This document shows positions 26,693-38,215 of a stretch of DNA of 64,000 bases, one piece after another. A model generated the notes under the pieces. It saw only the letters and a program-made list of their open reading frames with translations, ran no database searches and was not told the origin of the DNA. The translations under genes were made by a program, and so were the position numbers. Source of the DNA: Octopus bimaculoides (Eukaryota); NCBI RefSeq assembly GCF_001194135.2, contig NC_068987.1, positions 81,838,597 to 81,902,596 of the forward strand. The letters are read 5' to 3'. Position 1 is the first letter of the stretch. Each line of letters begins with the position of its first letter.

Positions 26693-26962
26693 GAATAACT
26701 TAGTTTCCCATATTAGCCCTGCAAAATACTGCAAATGTGATCCCTAATGGAGAACTTGTTGCCAATGCATCTTTCTAGGTATTGATTGCTCTGTAGCTAG
26801 CAGAACAGAATTGCATTTGTGTAGACTAACAGAATCTTTTTAAGGATGTTTCTTGTCATATTAGATGGCTTTTATTATAGGATGTGTATTACATATTATG
26901 TTTATAGCTTTTATTAGTTGGACATTAATAAAAAAGACTTCCTACATCAAAAGTAAAAATGT

Positions 26963-27145
26963 TGCCAACTTTGGACGTTTCATGTTGAATTTCTGAGAAT
27001 TCATTTGAGGATTGTATGCTACGTCTCATCATCATCATCATCTTCTTCATCATTTAACATCCAATGATAATGGTGATGATGAGATATGGTATACAATCCT
27101 CAAATGAGTTCTCAGAAATTCCACATGAAACATCCAAAGTTAGCA
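26963..27145. repeat. Inverted duplication, ~80-bp arms
   Basis: 26963-27042 versus reverse complement of 27066-27145, roughly 85-90% identical. Confidence 0.9.
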
Positions 27146-27511
27146 TGTAAAATTCCCTTTAATATATGTATTTCTTGGCTATTACATAGTTTGTTTGGCA
27201 ATTCTGATTCCATGTATTGATTCAGGAGATTAGCGATTGAAGAGGGTTATTCTGTTTTTGCCTTCACTGTATCTTAGAGGTACACAGGTTTAAATCCCAG
27301 AGACAGATAAATCAGCCTTGAGCATCAACAGAGTAATTAATTTTTTAGTTGAGTTTTTATTTGCTCATTACTGTCTTTCTTAATTTTGATGAATTTGCTG
27401 CTATCATGCCACGTAGCATTTATTTTTCCCATGTATTTTTCTTTGTCCATTTATACCAAAACAGGTTGCTCTTATCACAGTTACAAATTACAATTTTCTC
27501 TTTATTTTCAG

Positions 27512-27543
27512 GTCCTGCTGAGCAAGTTCAAGATTCTTGTAGA
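27512..27543 (+). CDS. Candidate small exon (GPAEQVQDSCR or VLLSKFKILV frame)
   Basis: Strong acceptor ttttctctttattttcag|, donor |gtacgt, located in unique sequence. Confidence 0.25.
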
Positions 27544-28229
27544 GTACGTTTTTTTATTTTTTTTTTTTATTTTTTTTTTTTTGTGTTTGTCTGTTTATTA
27601 CCCTCACACATGAATAAATGCATTATAAAAATTGATGACAAATTATGAGATTTATTCAAGTGTGAAAGATATAAACACAACAACAAAAATTTAACAAGTA
27701 TCTTAAGCTAGCTGAAAAATAATGAGAAAATTATAATTTACAGAGGTGATAAGAGAGAAAACACGTATGAAATATATCTGAAGTGCTATGTGTGTTGTTC
27801 ATTAGTACTAAATTTATGGCTTAGACTGAAGAGGTGTTATGGTCTAAACTGATGAGGTGTTATAGTATAAACTTATGTTAGAACTACACTAGATTTTATG
27901 TTTAAGTATAAAATCAGTTTTGATATTTGTAGTCATCTGATTTATCAACTTTATGTTTAGTTGCCTCTGAAACTGAGGATGGCCTTGGGAACCCTCGTGT
28001 GTTCCCCATTCAGTACTGAGTACTTTTTTTTCCCCTTTTATATACAAGCATAGACGATGTAAAACCCCTGTCTTTTTATTTTTCTCCTATCATCTCTCTG
28101 AAGAAGGACCTTATCCTGAATCAATGACTAATGTATTTCATACATCAATTTTATTGTACTTTTTCTATCACTATCTGTCTTGTCCGTCAGTCCATGTATG
28201 TATATATATGATTCGCCATGATAGATCAC

Positions 28230-28420
28230 TAACCACTACACACATTTTTTTTTCTCTCCTTGTTTCTCTCCTTGTTTCTTTCTGTGTTCCTTTCTGTGGA
28301 AGAGCGTAGGCTCGAAACGTTAAAGACTTTTTCAATTCCCGAGCATTATACTAGTACATCTATTTGTTTTCTACACCACCTGTCTTCGTCTGTTGATTTT
28401 TGTGAATTTTCCCTATGTAT
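28230..28420 (+). mobile_element. Short Penelope-pLTR-like repeat with hammerhead-like fold
   Basis: CTTT-CTGTGGA-A-GAGC/GCTC-GAAAC-GT-T-AAAG at 28290-28325; other copies at 33620-33780 and 49540-49700. Confidence 0.6.
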
Positions 28421-28839
28421 ATCTACACACACACACAAACACACACACACACACACATATATATTTGCAACTGCACATACACATATATATNNNNNNNNNN
28501 NNNNNNNNNNNNNNNNNNNNNNNNNNNNNNNNNNNNNNNNNNNNNNNNNNNNNNNNNNNNNNNNNNNNNNNNNNNNNNNNNNNNNNNNNNNNNNNNNNNN
28601 NNNNNNNNNNNNNNNNNNNNNNNNNNNNNNNNNNNNNNNNNNNNNNNNNNNNNNNNNNNNNNNNNNNNNNNNNNNNNNNNNNNNNNNNNNNNNNNNNNNN
28701 NNNNNNNNNNNNNNNNNNNNNNNNNNNNNNNNNNNNNNNNNNNNNNNNNNNNNNNNNNNNNNNNNNNNNNTATATATATATCTTAAAATATATTTATATC
28801 TTAAAATATATTTATAAATATATATCGAAATTGTAGCTG

Positions 28840-28996
28840 TGGCTAGTGCCGCCTGACTGGCTTCCGTGCCGGTGGCATGTAAAATGCACCCACTACACTC
28901 TCGGAGTGATTGGTGTTAGGAAGGGCATCCAGCTGTAGAAACCTTTCCAAATCAGATTGGAGCCTGGTGCAGCCTCCTGGCTTGCCAGTCCTCAGT
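28840..28996 (+). mobile_element. RTE 3'-UTR fragment (family C)
   Basis: gtgattggtgttaggaagggcatccagctgtagaaac. Confidence 0.8.
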
Positions 28997-29730
28997 CTTC
29001 CACATTGACTGTAAGACCTTGTGCAGAAAAAGTGGAGGCATGACATGGTCTTCATTGCTCATGACCTCAAAGACCATCGTTGATGATGGAAACATGGTGT
29101 GGTGTGCATTGAAATGGAGACATCTGTGGGGATCACACAGAGCCATTTATCATTCCTTGTGTTCACTTTTTGATTTTGGACAAAGTTCTTTTTGTCTGAG
29201 AAGAACCATACCATGTTGGGTACCCTGGGGTACTGGAGTTTGTTCAGCAAGTGCTTCAACCAAATTAGTTTTCTCAGGTCCTACTGGACATGAGCTCCTG
29301 CTTTTCCCAATATAGAATTTATATCTGATGTCTTTGTGCACCACATATCTAATTGTTGACTCTGACACCTGAAAATGTTTGGCAATGGCCTTCGTTGATG
29401 ATGTTCTGGATTTGCTGGACACACTTGACTTTTCTGACACTGTCTGACAGTCAAGAATGTTTGTCTTTTCAGTAATAGAAGACGCATCCTTGCCTGAGGC
29501 CAAGAGCACTCTTCTGATATTAAGCACAAGGGACTTGGTGACATTTAAGAAGGTTGCAATCTCAGAAACCCTATGGTTGGCAGGTGAGACAACTAGAATG
29601 GCAATGCCTTTCAATGTCTGTATTAGATTTGAAGCTTCCAGGTTGGGGCTGAAAAAGAGAGGATATTTTGTTAGTTTGGGCCACTTGTGGTTCTTCAAAG
29701 TTTTATTCCCAAATAGCTGATGCACTCTAT
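28997..29730 (-). mobile_element. maT/Tc1-like transposase remnant, N-terminal half
   Basis: VSEIATFLNVTKS HTH, IAKHFQVSESTIRYVVH, VWFFSDKKNF...NDKWL, VMPP; broken frames. Confidence 0.8.
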
Positions 29731-30039
29731 ATATAAAGAGAAGGAGGTGGAGAGAGAAAGAGACAAAACGATTTTAAATAGAAACAAATTTTAAGACTTT
29801 TTAAATCTAAATCATTAAAAAAAATCCACCATGAAAGCAGAGTGATTTGCTGTTTATGCCAGGTTACTGTATTTGGTACTTGTTATCAATACGTATATCC
29901 TGATTGCTTTTGGATTAAAAAATTCTCTTGAAAATGTTCTCTTGCTTTGATTCCACAAATTGATATTCTTTTACACCAATTATTAATTTTGAGTGTATTT
30001 CTTAAAGTATCACAGATTATTAACAGAGTGGGAGAACCT

Positions 30040-30520
30040 CTTTGAATCTCAAAAGACACTTGACAAAGGTTAGATTTATTTGTAAAGAAGAATTATGCAG
30101 TAACGAAATATGAAACCCTTGTGGCAGGACTTGTGATTCTATCGAATAAAATTCCAGAATGGAAAGGAGTTCAAAGTTAATGCTAATATGAATTGCAAAT
30201 CAAAAATTTTAATTTACTGCATTTCATGCCTGCAATGCTATGTGAACTCTATCGGTAAAACAAGAATAAAATATATGAAGAGAGTCAGGATATATAAAGA
30301 GCAAATCAGGGATTCATCTGTGGAGAATGGTCCTTACAATGAACATCTTGACATTTGTGCATGTGGGAGATTTAAAATATTCCCTTGAGTCATATATAAA
30401 GATGGAAGACAATTATGCAAAGCAAAAGTGGAGGAGTGTATAATAACTTACAAAAGAAACTAAATCAGAAACAATACTTCTAATCCCTATCAAATACGGT
30501 TATCAAATGATGATGACATT
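30040..30520 (+). mobile_element. Penelope-like GIY-YIG endonuclease remnant
   Basis: PCGRTC, NGKEFKVNANMNCKSKILIYCISCLQCYVNSIGKT...RVRIYKEQIR...EHLDICACGRFKIFP (LIY...IG-T pattern). Confidence 0.75.
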
Positions 30521-30632
30521 AAAGATAATTGTTGTAACACTACAATGTATATATATAGATATATGTATGTATGTTCCAGGTTGCTCTTAGTGTTAACATG
30601 TAACCCAGTACAATTTGTTGCATGGTTGGGTC

Positions 30633-30905
30633 ATCATCGTTTAACGTCCGCTTTCCATGCTAGCATGGGTAGGACGATTTGACTGAGGACTGGCGAACCA
30701 GATGGCTACACCAGGCTCCAATCTGATTTGGCAGTTTCTACAGCTGGATGCGCTTCCTAACATCAACCACTCCGAGAGTGTAGTGGGTGCTTTTACGTGC
30801 CACCAGTATGAAGGCCAGTCAGAAGGTACTAGCAACAGTCACGCTCGAAATGGTCTATTTTACGTGCCACCTGCACAGGAGCCAGTCCAACGGCACTGGC
30901 AACGA
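30633..30905 (-). mobile_element. RTE 3'-UTR (family C)
   Basis: catcatcgtttaacgtccgctttccatgctagcatggg... Confidence 0.9.
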
Positions 30906-31545
30906 CATTGGTGACTAAACTATCAACCCTCTTAAGCCTACTTGGTAAGGAGGGTTTGTTTTTATTGGATACCTAGCAGGATGGAAAAAAAAAAAACTAC
31001 CAAAGGGCAGGTAAATTCAATGAAGTCAACAGATGGGAGAGACCCCTAATCTTTGTTTAGACATTTCTCAAAGAGTAAGAAAACTCTGAAATAACATCTG
31101 TGACTTTGTATCCAATTATATAGACTAGTTCTTCTTTTTAGCTAAATGCATACATAGTTTAGAGAATAAGATTGGCCCTTTGTAAGACCTTTCTCCAACT
31201 TTAAAAAGCTCCAGGTACAGGCATCAAGGGGTTTTTAACATCCCTGTCCTGTGTTGCATATAATGGCTGGCTGGCAGTAGCAAAAAAATGAAAGACACTG
31301 AATGAAAAATTCCCTGATGCAATGAGGGCATGTGTCAGTGTGGGAAGAAGCTCTCTGAACACTTGCTGCAAGAGGTTGCTCATTGTTGCCACATCTGAGC
31401 AAAAATATGTAGGTCATGAAGAAATATTACTTTGCTTGGAAACAAGTGAGGTTTGGTGATATGAAGAGCATGCAGCTGTAGAAAATCTGCCTCAGCATAT
31501 ATGGAAATGTAGACATTAAAACAATAATGACATCACAGTTCTATA

Positions 31546-31609
31546 TAGCGTAGTGGTTAAGCGCGGAGGCTACTAATCCCAAAATTCCGAGTTTGATTCC
31601 AGGCAGTGA

Positions 31610-31650
<41 letters not shown>

Positions 31651-31790
31651 TCGAAAAATACCTTAGGAATGAGAACCCAGGTTCGAAATTTCCCCAAGAC
31701 ACCTGATGCAGGCTGGAAGGTATATCAGCCAAAACGTTGTGTTAACAACAAACAAGATGAGGACAAATATTCGTCAAATGTAAATAATGA
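31546..31790 (+). mobile_element. tRNA-headed element with hammerhead-like 3' module
   Basis: A-box tagcgtagtgg, B-box gagtttgattcc, (AAT)n, then ACAC-CTGATGCA-GGCTG/CAGCC-AAAAC-GT-T-GTGT. Confidence 0.6.
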
Positions 31791-32395
31791 TATCATTATA
31801 AAGAGTAAATGACAAACAAAAAATCAATATAGCAAATTATAGTAACAGAAGCAACAGTTTAAAAATGTGGGCAATCCAACTGTGGAATATCTTTTAACTT
31901 GACTGATTAGTTCGAATTCCATTTTTAAACTGAGATAATGTTTCAAACTAAAGAATAATTTTACCTGTGTTTTCAGAAACCTAATTTATGCAATAACATA
32001 CTGAGGATGCAAAGAGAATTATGTAAGATAAACTGCAATGACTAAGAAAATGTATGGCACTACATAGAAACAAAATTTGATTAAGCAGCTACAGAAAAAT
32101 ATCTCTTAGCAAACATATAAGTATATCATGTGCTGGTAATTGTCAACCAAATTATTTTTTTTTGAATTTCCCTATATACTAGCATACAGATGGAATGTCA
32201 GAACAACAATAGCAGATCAATAAGGAATTTGCATTCATTAGAAAATATCGACTATGTTTAGATAAATATATATATATATATAATTAATCAATGAGTTGAT
32301 TTAAAATAAATTTAATCAATTTATATTTATCGTCGTTGTCATCGGCATTATTGCCATCATCATCATCATCATCTTCATTATTGTTATTATTATTA

Positions 32396-32890
32396 TGAAG
32401 GTGGTGAGCAGGCAAAATCGTTAGCACATCAGGTGAAATGCTTTGCAGCTCTTTGTTGGTCTGCACATTCTGACGAAATGCTTAGCGGCACTTCATCTGT
32501 CTTTACATTCTGAGTTCAGATTCCACAGAGGTCAACTTTGCCTTTCATCCTTTTGGGGTCAATAAAATAAGTACCAGTGAAACACTAGGATTCGATGTAA
32601 TCAACTAGTCCCTTTCCCCAAAATTTCAGGCCTTGTGCCTTTAGTAGAAAACATTATTATTATTATTAGTAGTAGTAGTATTACTGATGTGGTGAGCTGA
32701 CAGAATTGTTAGCATACTGGAAAAATACTTAGTGACATTTCTTCCAGCTCTACATTCTGGGTTCAAATTCCACTGAGGTTGACTTTGCCTTACATCCTTT
32801 TGGAGTCAATGAAATAAGAACCAGTTGAATGGAAGAAATTGACCAGAGCCACTTCCTCAAAATTTCGGTAGGAAAAAAATTATTATTATT
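32396..32890 (+). mobile_element. Two head-to-tail SINE family B copies (first has a duplicated head segment)
   Basis: Heads at 32396 and 32688 separated by (ATT)n/(AGT)n. Confidence 0.8.
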
Positions 32891-33244
32891 TTAAAAAACA
32901 TTAAATATATATTACTTCCTCCGTTACTGTTAACAACACCCATTTATTACATTCCCTGTTAATGTAACCAAGTTCCAGTTCTGAAATAATAATATCTTTA
33001 ATTATAAAACCAGTTTTATCCTCAGAAAAGTAAATTCCAATGGAAACATTTTGTGTTTATCATTAAGTTTTATCGTATGTCTTTCAGTATCTTTTCTTTC
33101 TTTGATATAATTTGACTCATATGGAATTTCTTGGCTTTTCCTTTACATGTGTGTGTGAAAGAGAAATGGAGAGACAGAGTGCATGTGGTGTAGTCACATA
33201 TATCATATATGAAAATGATGATGCTTATGATGATGATGGTGATA

Positions 33245-33616
33245 TATTGTGGCACTCCGTCCGTTACAACGATGAGGATTCCAGTTGATCTGATCAATGA
33301 AACAGCTGGCTCATGAAATTAACATGCAAGTGGCTGAGCACTCCACAGACACATGTACCCTTAATGTAGTTTTCGGGGAGTTTCAGTGTGACTAGACTGC
33401 CCCTTTGAAATACAGGTACAATAGAAACAGGATGAAAGAATGAGAGAAAGTTGTGGTGAAAGAGTAGAGCAGGGTTTGCCACAACCCACTGCCGGAGCCT
33501 TGTGGAGCTTTAGGTGTTTTCACTCAATAAGCACTCACAACACCCGGCCTGGGAATCAAAACCGTGATCCTACGATTGCAAGTCTGCTGCCCTAACCATT
33601 GGGCCATTGCACCTCC
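33245..33616 (-). mobile_element. Further tRNA-derived SINE (family D)
   Basis: Minus strand reads ggaggtgcaatggcccaatggttagggcagcag...ggttttgattcccagg, an A-box/B-box head. Confidence 0.75.
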
Positions 33617-33619
33617 ACA

Positions 33620-33775
33620 AATCTCTCTCTTTCCATATCTATTTCTTCGTGTTCCTTTCTGTTGAAGAGTGTAGACTCAAAACATAAAAGATTTTCTCAC
33701 CTTCCTGAGCATTAAACTAATACACTTGTTTGTTGTTTATACGCCTCTTCGTCTTGTTTTTCTGTAAATTTCAAC

Positions 33776-33780
<5 letters not shown>
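33620..33780 (+). mobile_element. Penelope-pLTR-like repeat, second copy
   Basis: gtgttcctttctgttgaagagtgtagactcaaaacataaaaga... Confidence 0.6.
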
Positions 33781-33828
<48 letters not shown>

Positions 33829-34120
33829 GTGTTAATAACGCCTAGGAGGTGCTTTTCCCACTCACCAAAGTGAATGGAGCTTTGACCAGGAGGAACTGAT
33901 GTCATCAGATGGTAACCAACATTTATCAGGTGTTTCCACCCTGAACTGTAGCACCCTCCCACTGATGGGTCAGCACATGTGGCCAAATCACAGCTCCTCC
34001 TGGCCTCCATCCTAACTCCTCTCTCTTGCTCCATAGCCAAGTGGCCCTTTCAGTTTCTCCTCCCTCATCATGCACACAGCCACCCTTTGCTCTTTTCCTC
34101 TAATTCCAATGATTGTAAGC

Positions 34121-34166
<46 letters not shown>

Positions 34167-34318
34167 ATAGATTTGTGTTGCAAGATTCCTGATGTTATTG
34201 TATTTCAAGATGGTCGTTGTTTTTTTTTTTTTCTTTGCCAAATAAACACACACACACTATGTATTTGTTCTTCTCTTGTTTACTACTGTTCTTATTCTAA
34301 CTCATGTCCATTGTCCAG

Positions 34319-34366
34319 AAACCTTTTGTCACACATGTGACCTCTTCAGCAACACTTTCTGTCACT
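34319..34366 (+). CDS. Candidate small exon (KPFVTHVTSSATLSVT)
   Basis: Acceptor tccattgtccag|, donor |gtatgt; 48 nt; phase-compatible with 27512-27543. Confidence 0.2.
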
Positions 34367-34512
34367 GTATGTGGGCTTGCTCCACTTATTTCATTCTGTT
34401 TTTCTATGTTGTGCAACCTTATATGCACATGCATTTGCATCTGTGTTAATGTGTGTGTGTGTGTATTTATTTGGCAAAGAAAAAATGACCATCCAGAAAT
34501 ACAACAATATAT

Positions 34513-34875
34513 CATCATCGTTTAACGTCTGCTTTCCATGCTAGCATGGGTTGGGCGATTTGACTGAGGACTGGTGAACCAGAAGGCTGCACCAGGCTCC
34601 AATCTGATCTGGCAGAGTTTCTACAGCTGGATGCCCTTCCTAACGCCAACCACTTCGAGAGTGTAGTGGGTACTTTTTACGTGCCACCAGCACGAGTGCC
34701 AGTCACATGGTACTGGCAATGGCCTCGCTCAAAAGGTGTTTTTTACTTGCTACCTGCACAGGAGCCAGTCCAGCGGCACTGGCAATGATCTCGCTCGAAT
34801 GATTTTCTAACGTGCCACCAGCACAAGTGCTAGAAGGTGACGCTGGTAACGATTATGCTCAAATGGTGCTATTTA
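34513..34875 (-). mobile_element. RTE 3'-UTR (family C)
   Basis: Matches family C. Confidence 0.9.
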
Positions 34876-35424
34876 TGACTGAAACAAGTAAAAGAAAAAG
34901 AAAAGGCTGGACCAACAGATATGTGAACTGGTAAACAAATTTAAATAAGCGGCTTCTATGAATGATGAATATGAAGTAGACATCACATGTGCGTTAAAGG
35001 AAAGCACAAGAAAGCACCTCTGTTTGTATATCAGCACAGACAGTCACCCTTTGAAAATCATCAACCTGCTAAATTCTCAAAGTTTATTTGCAATTTTTTT
35101 TTTTACCTGACTTACATGTGGATGGTTTTCTTGTTAGAAGACTAGAAGGTTATGATTTTTCACTATTCCAGGGAAAATTTAATGGGCAACTTTCTTTTCT
35201 ATAGAAAAGTTGACCAACACCTTTGTCATATTTGGTCATCAGAACAGCCAAAGGATTTTGCTTTTCATTGAGAAAGGTAAAAATGTGCATAAATCAGTAT
35301 AAAATAAAAGATTTATGAATCTTTTTTGGCGGGGTGGGGTACAGAGATAGGACTGATTTAAGGTGACATGTTTCAGAAATTCCTTTAGCTTCAACTAACT
35401 GCAGTTGAGATAATTAGCCTTGTT

Positions 35425-35720
35425 GTGTTTCAACAAGATGGCACTCTTCTTTATTATTGCACAAATTTGGGGTGGATTATCTGCATGAATGGATCCGAAA
35501 TTGTTGGATTGGATGCATGAGTTATAGATTATGACTGGCTAAATCAGCAAATCTGGCTAAATCAGCAAATCTGGTCCCTTTTTTTGAACTTGGGGTTTTA
35601 TGAAATTTCAGTAACACAAAACTTTGTACAATTTATGCGAATGTTTTACGAAATGATGCAGATAACATAACATCGCAAATGGTCCAGAATGGTTTCAGTT
35701 CTGCAGCAAAACTGATGGTC
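35425..35720 (+). mobile_element. Old Tc1/mariner transposase remnant
   Basis: VFQQDG, YLHEWIRNCWIG, AKSANL..P pieces resemble FQQDGA...WIGR...WPxRSPDL; contains a ~17-bp tandem duplication. Confidence 0.5.
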
Positions 35721-35777
35721 ATCATGGGGGGGGGGTCCCTGCTATTAAACTTCAACAAGTGTTAATAATCATGTGAT

Positions 35778-35995
35778 TAAGGCAACGAGCTTGCAGAATC
35801 ACTAGCATGCCAGGTAAAAATGCTTAGCAGCATTTCATCTGTTTTTATCTTCTGAGTTCAAATTCTGCAGAGGTCGACTTAAACCTTTCATCCCTTATGG
35901 GGTCAATAAAATAAATACCAGTTGAGAACTGGGGTCAATGTAATCAACTGGACACTGAAATTACTGGCCTTGTACCAAAATTTCCAACCAATAAT
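35778..35995 (+). mobile_element. SINE family B
   Basis: Matches family B. Confidence 0.8.
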
Positions 35996-36049
35996 TATGT
36001 CACTAATTTTTCTATAATTAATTTTTTTTAACAATTCTTTTATTCATTT

Positions 36050-36545
36050 GTTTTATCTCAGTCATTTGGCTGCAGCCATGCTGGAGCACTGCCTTTAATC
36101 GAGCAAATTAACCCCAGGACTTATTTTTTGTAATTCTAGTACTTATTCTATTAGCCTTTTGCCGAACTGCTAAGTTATGGGGATGTAAACACTAATATTG
36201 GTTGTCAAGCGATGGTGGAGGGACAAACACAAACATCATCATCATCATCGTTAAATGTCCACTTTCCATGCTAGCATGGGTTGGACGATTTGACTGAGGA
36301 CTGGTGGACCAGATGGCTGCACCAGGCTCCAATCTGATCTGGCTGTGTTTCTACAGCTGAATGCCCTTCCTAACACCAACCACTCCGACACCTATATGTA
36401 CATATATATGACAGGCTTCCTTCAGTTTCTGTCTACCAAATCCACTCAAAACTCTTTGGTCGGCCAAGATTCCACACAGTCAGACTGGATCTGGGATCAT
36501 ATGGTTGGGAAGCAAGCCACTTAACACACAGCCACTTCTCCACCT
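36050..36545 (-). mobile_element. SINE family A with nested RTE 3'-UTR (36236-36390)
   Basis: Family A is split at its internal microsatellite by family C. Confidence 0.85.
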
Positions 36546-36779
36546 ATCGTCATCATCATTTCATATTCATTTCCTACACTGGCATCAGTTGGATGGTTTG
36601 ACAGGAGCTGGCCAAGCTGGAGAGCTGCACCAGGTTCCAATTGTCTGTTTTGGCATGGTTTCTACAGCTGGATGCCTTTTCTCACATCAACCACTCTACA
36701 GAGTGTACTGGATGCTTTTTACGTAGGACCAGCACAGGTTCCTTTTACGTGACACTGGCACATATATATAGTGAATTTA

Positions 36780-37145
36780 GGTACAGGTATAGCTGTGTGG
36801 TTTAGAAGCTCACTTTACAACTGTGTGGTTTTGAGTTCAGTCTCATTGCGCTGCACCTTGACCAAATGTCTTCTACTGCGGCCCAAGGTTACCCAATGCC
36901 TTTTGAGTGAATTTAGTAGATGGAAACTGTGTGGAAACTTGTCATGTGTGCATATGTGTCTTTGTGTTTGTCTTCACTGCTTCTTTGATAACTGATGCTG
37001 GTTTCTTTATGTAACTTAACAGTTTAGTAAAAGGGACTGATTGATTACGGGCCAGATTTATAAATAAGTACTGGGAGCAGTTTGTTCAACTGAAATCCGT
37101 GCTCCAGCATGGCTGCAGTCCAATGACTGAAACAAATAAGATAAA
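36780..37145 (+). mobile_element. SINE family A, diverged
   Basis: agctgtgtggtt...gcaccttgaccaaatgtcttctact...atgactgaaacaaataag. Confidence 0.75.
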
Positions 37146-37199
37146 AAGAAAAATGGATACTCTGTATGTATACATATATACAGGCATATATGCACACAA

Positions 37200-37440
37200 A
37201 CCTAAATAGACAGAGATAGATAGATAGAGAGAGAGACAAATAGATAAATCTATATATCTATCTATCTGTCTCTCTATCTATCTATCTGCCTCTCTATCTA
37301 TCTATCTATCTACCTGCCTCTCTATCTATCTGCCTCTCTATCTATCTGCCTCTCTATCTATCTGCCTCTCTATCTATCTGCCTCTCTATCTCTCTCTCTC
37401 TCTCTTTCTCTCTCCCTCTCTCTTTCTCTCTCCCTCTCTC
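37200..37440. repeat. (TATC/TGCCTC)n and (CT)n tract
   Basis: Directly visible. Confidence 0.9.
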
Positions 37441-37576
37441 NNNNNNNNNNNNNNNNNNNNNNNNNNNNNNNNNNNNNNNNNNNNNNNNNNNNNNNNNNNN
37501 NNNNNNNNNNNNNNNNNNNNNNNNNNNNNNNNNNNNNNNNNNNNNNNNNNNNNNNNNNNNNNNNNNNNNNNNNNNN

Positions 37577-37623
<47 letters not shown>

Positions 37624-37959
37624 TGAGGATAAGATAATTTAAAATATCGATTTCATCAAGTGGCCAGCATGGGAATAAAAACCATCAAAGGTAATAATTA
37701 TTAATATTTATAATTTAGGGTATCTAAGAGACACCACCACGCTGGAAATAGCAGTCAAAGCTTGACTCTAAAACCACTATAAACGTTCATAAAGCACCAG
37801 GAGAGAAGATGAAGAGAGAAAATAAACTAGCAAAAATTACTGGATAATTCCAGATCCCGGATTTCTGGCTCAGCATAAGAAATGCTTTGCTTCATAAGTG
37901 GAATATACATATTTATTTATTTCATTTTTGTATTTTGTTTGCATGATTCTTTATGGGAA

Positions 37960-38102
37960 TTCGTGTGTTGAAGCATATTTTGTCGTGTCTGGGGAGAGTC
38001 GTTCTCTTTTAATGCTTTATTAACACACTCACCAGTTCAGTTTCCACTCATTTATTTTTTTTTTCCTAAAATTTTCGTTGCTTCTTGCAACCTCTTCAAT
38101 GG
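37960..38102 (-). mobile_element. Penelope-pLTR-like repeat with hammerhead-like fold
   Basis: Minus strand 38102-38065 reads cca-TTGAAGA-G-GTTGC/GCAAC-GAAAATTTTAGG. Confidence 0.5.
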
Positions 38103-38215
38103 TTGCTGACTCTGTCCGTTATCGGAGCTGTGTTCTCTGTGTTTGTTTATGTGCATGTAAGTCAGTGTACATGTGTATACACATATGTATGTATGCATGT
38201 ATGTATGTGTGTATA

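Noticed and set aside
26717-26778. Plus-strand exon with good splice-like ends
   Set aside because: The only open frame ends in TAG exactly at the donor; the other frames have stops.
28090-28125. Additional hammerhead-like string ctgaagaagga...tcctgaatc
   Set aside because: The GAAA and stem I elements are too degraded to call.
31546-31612. Functional tRNA gene
   Set aside because: A and B boxes are present, but the acceptor and T stems do not close and no oligo-T terminator follows. It is a SINE-type head.
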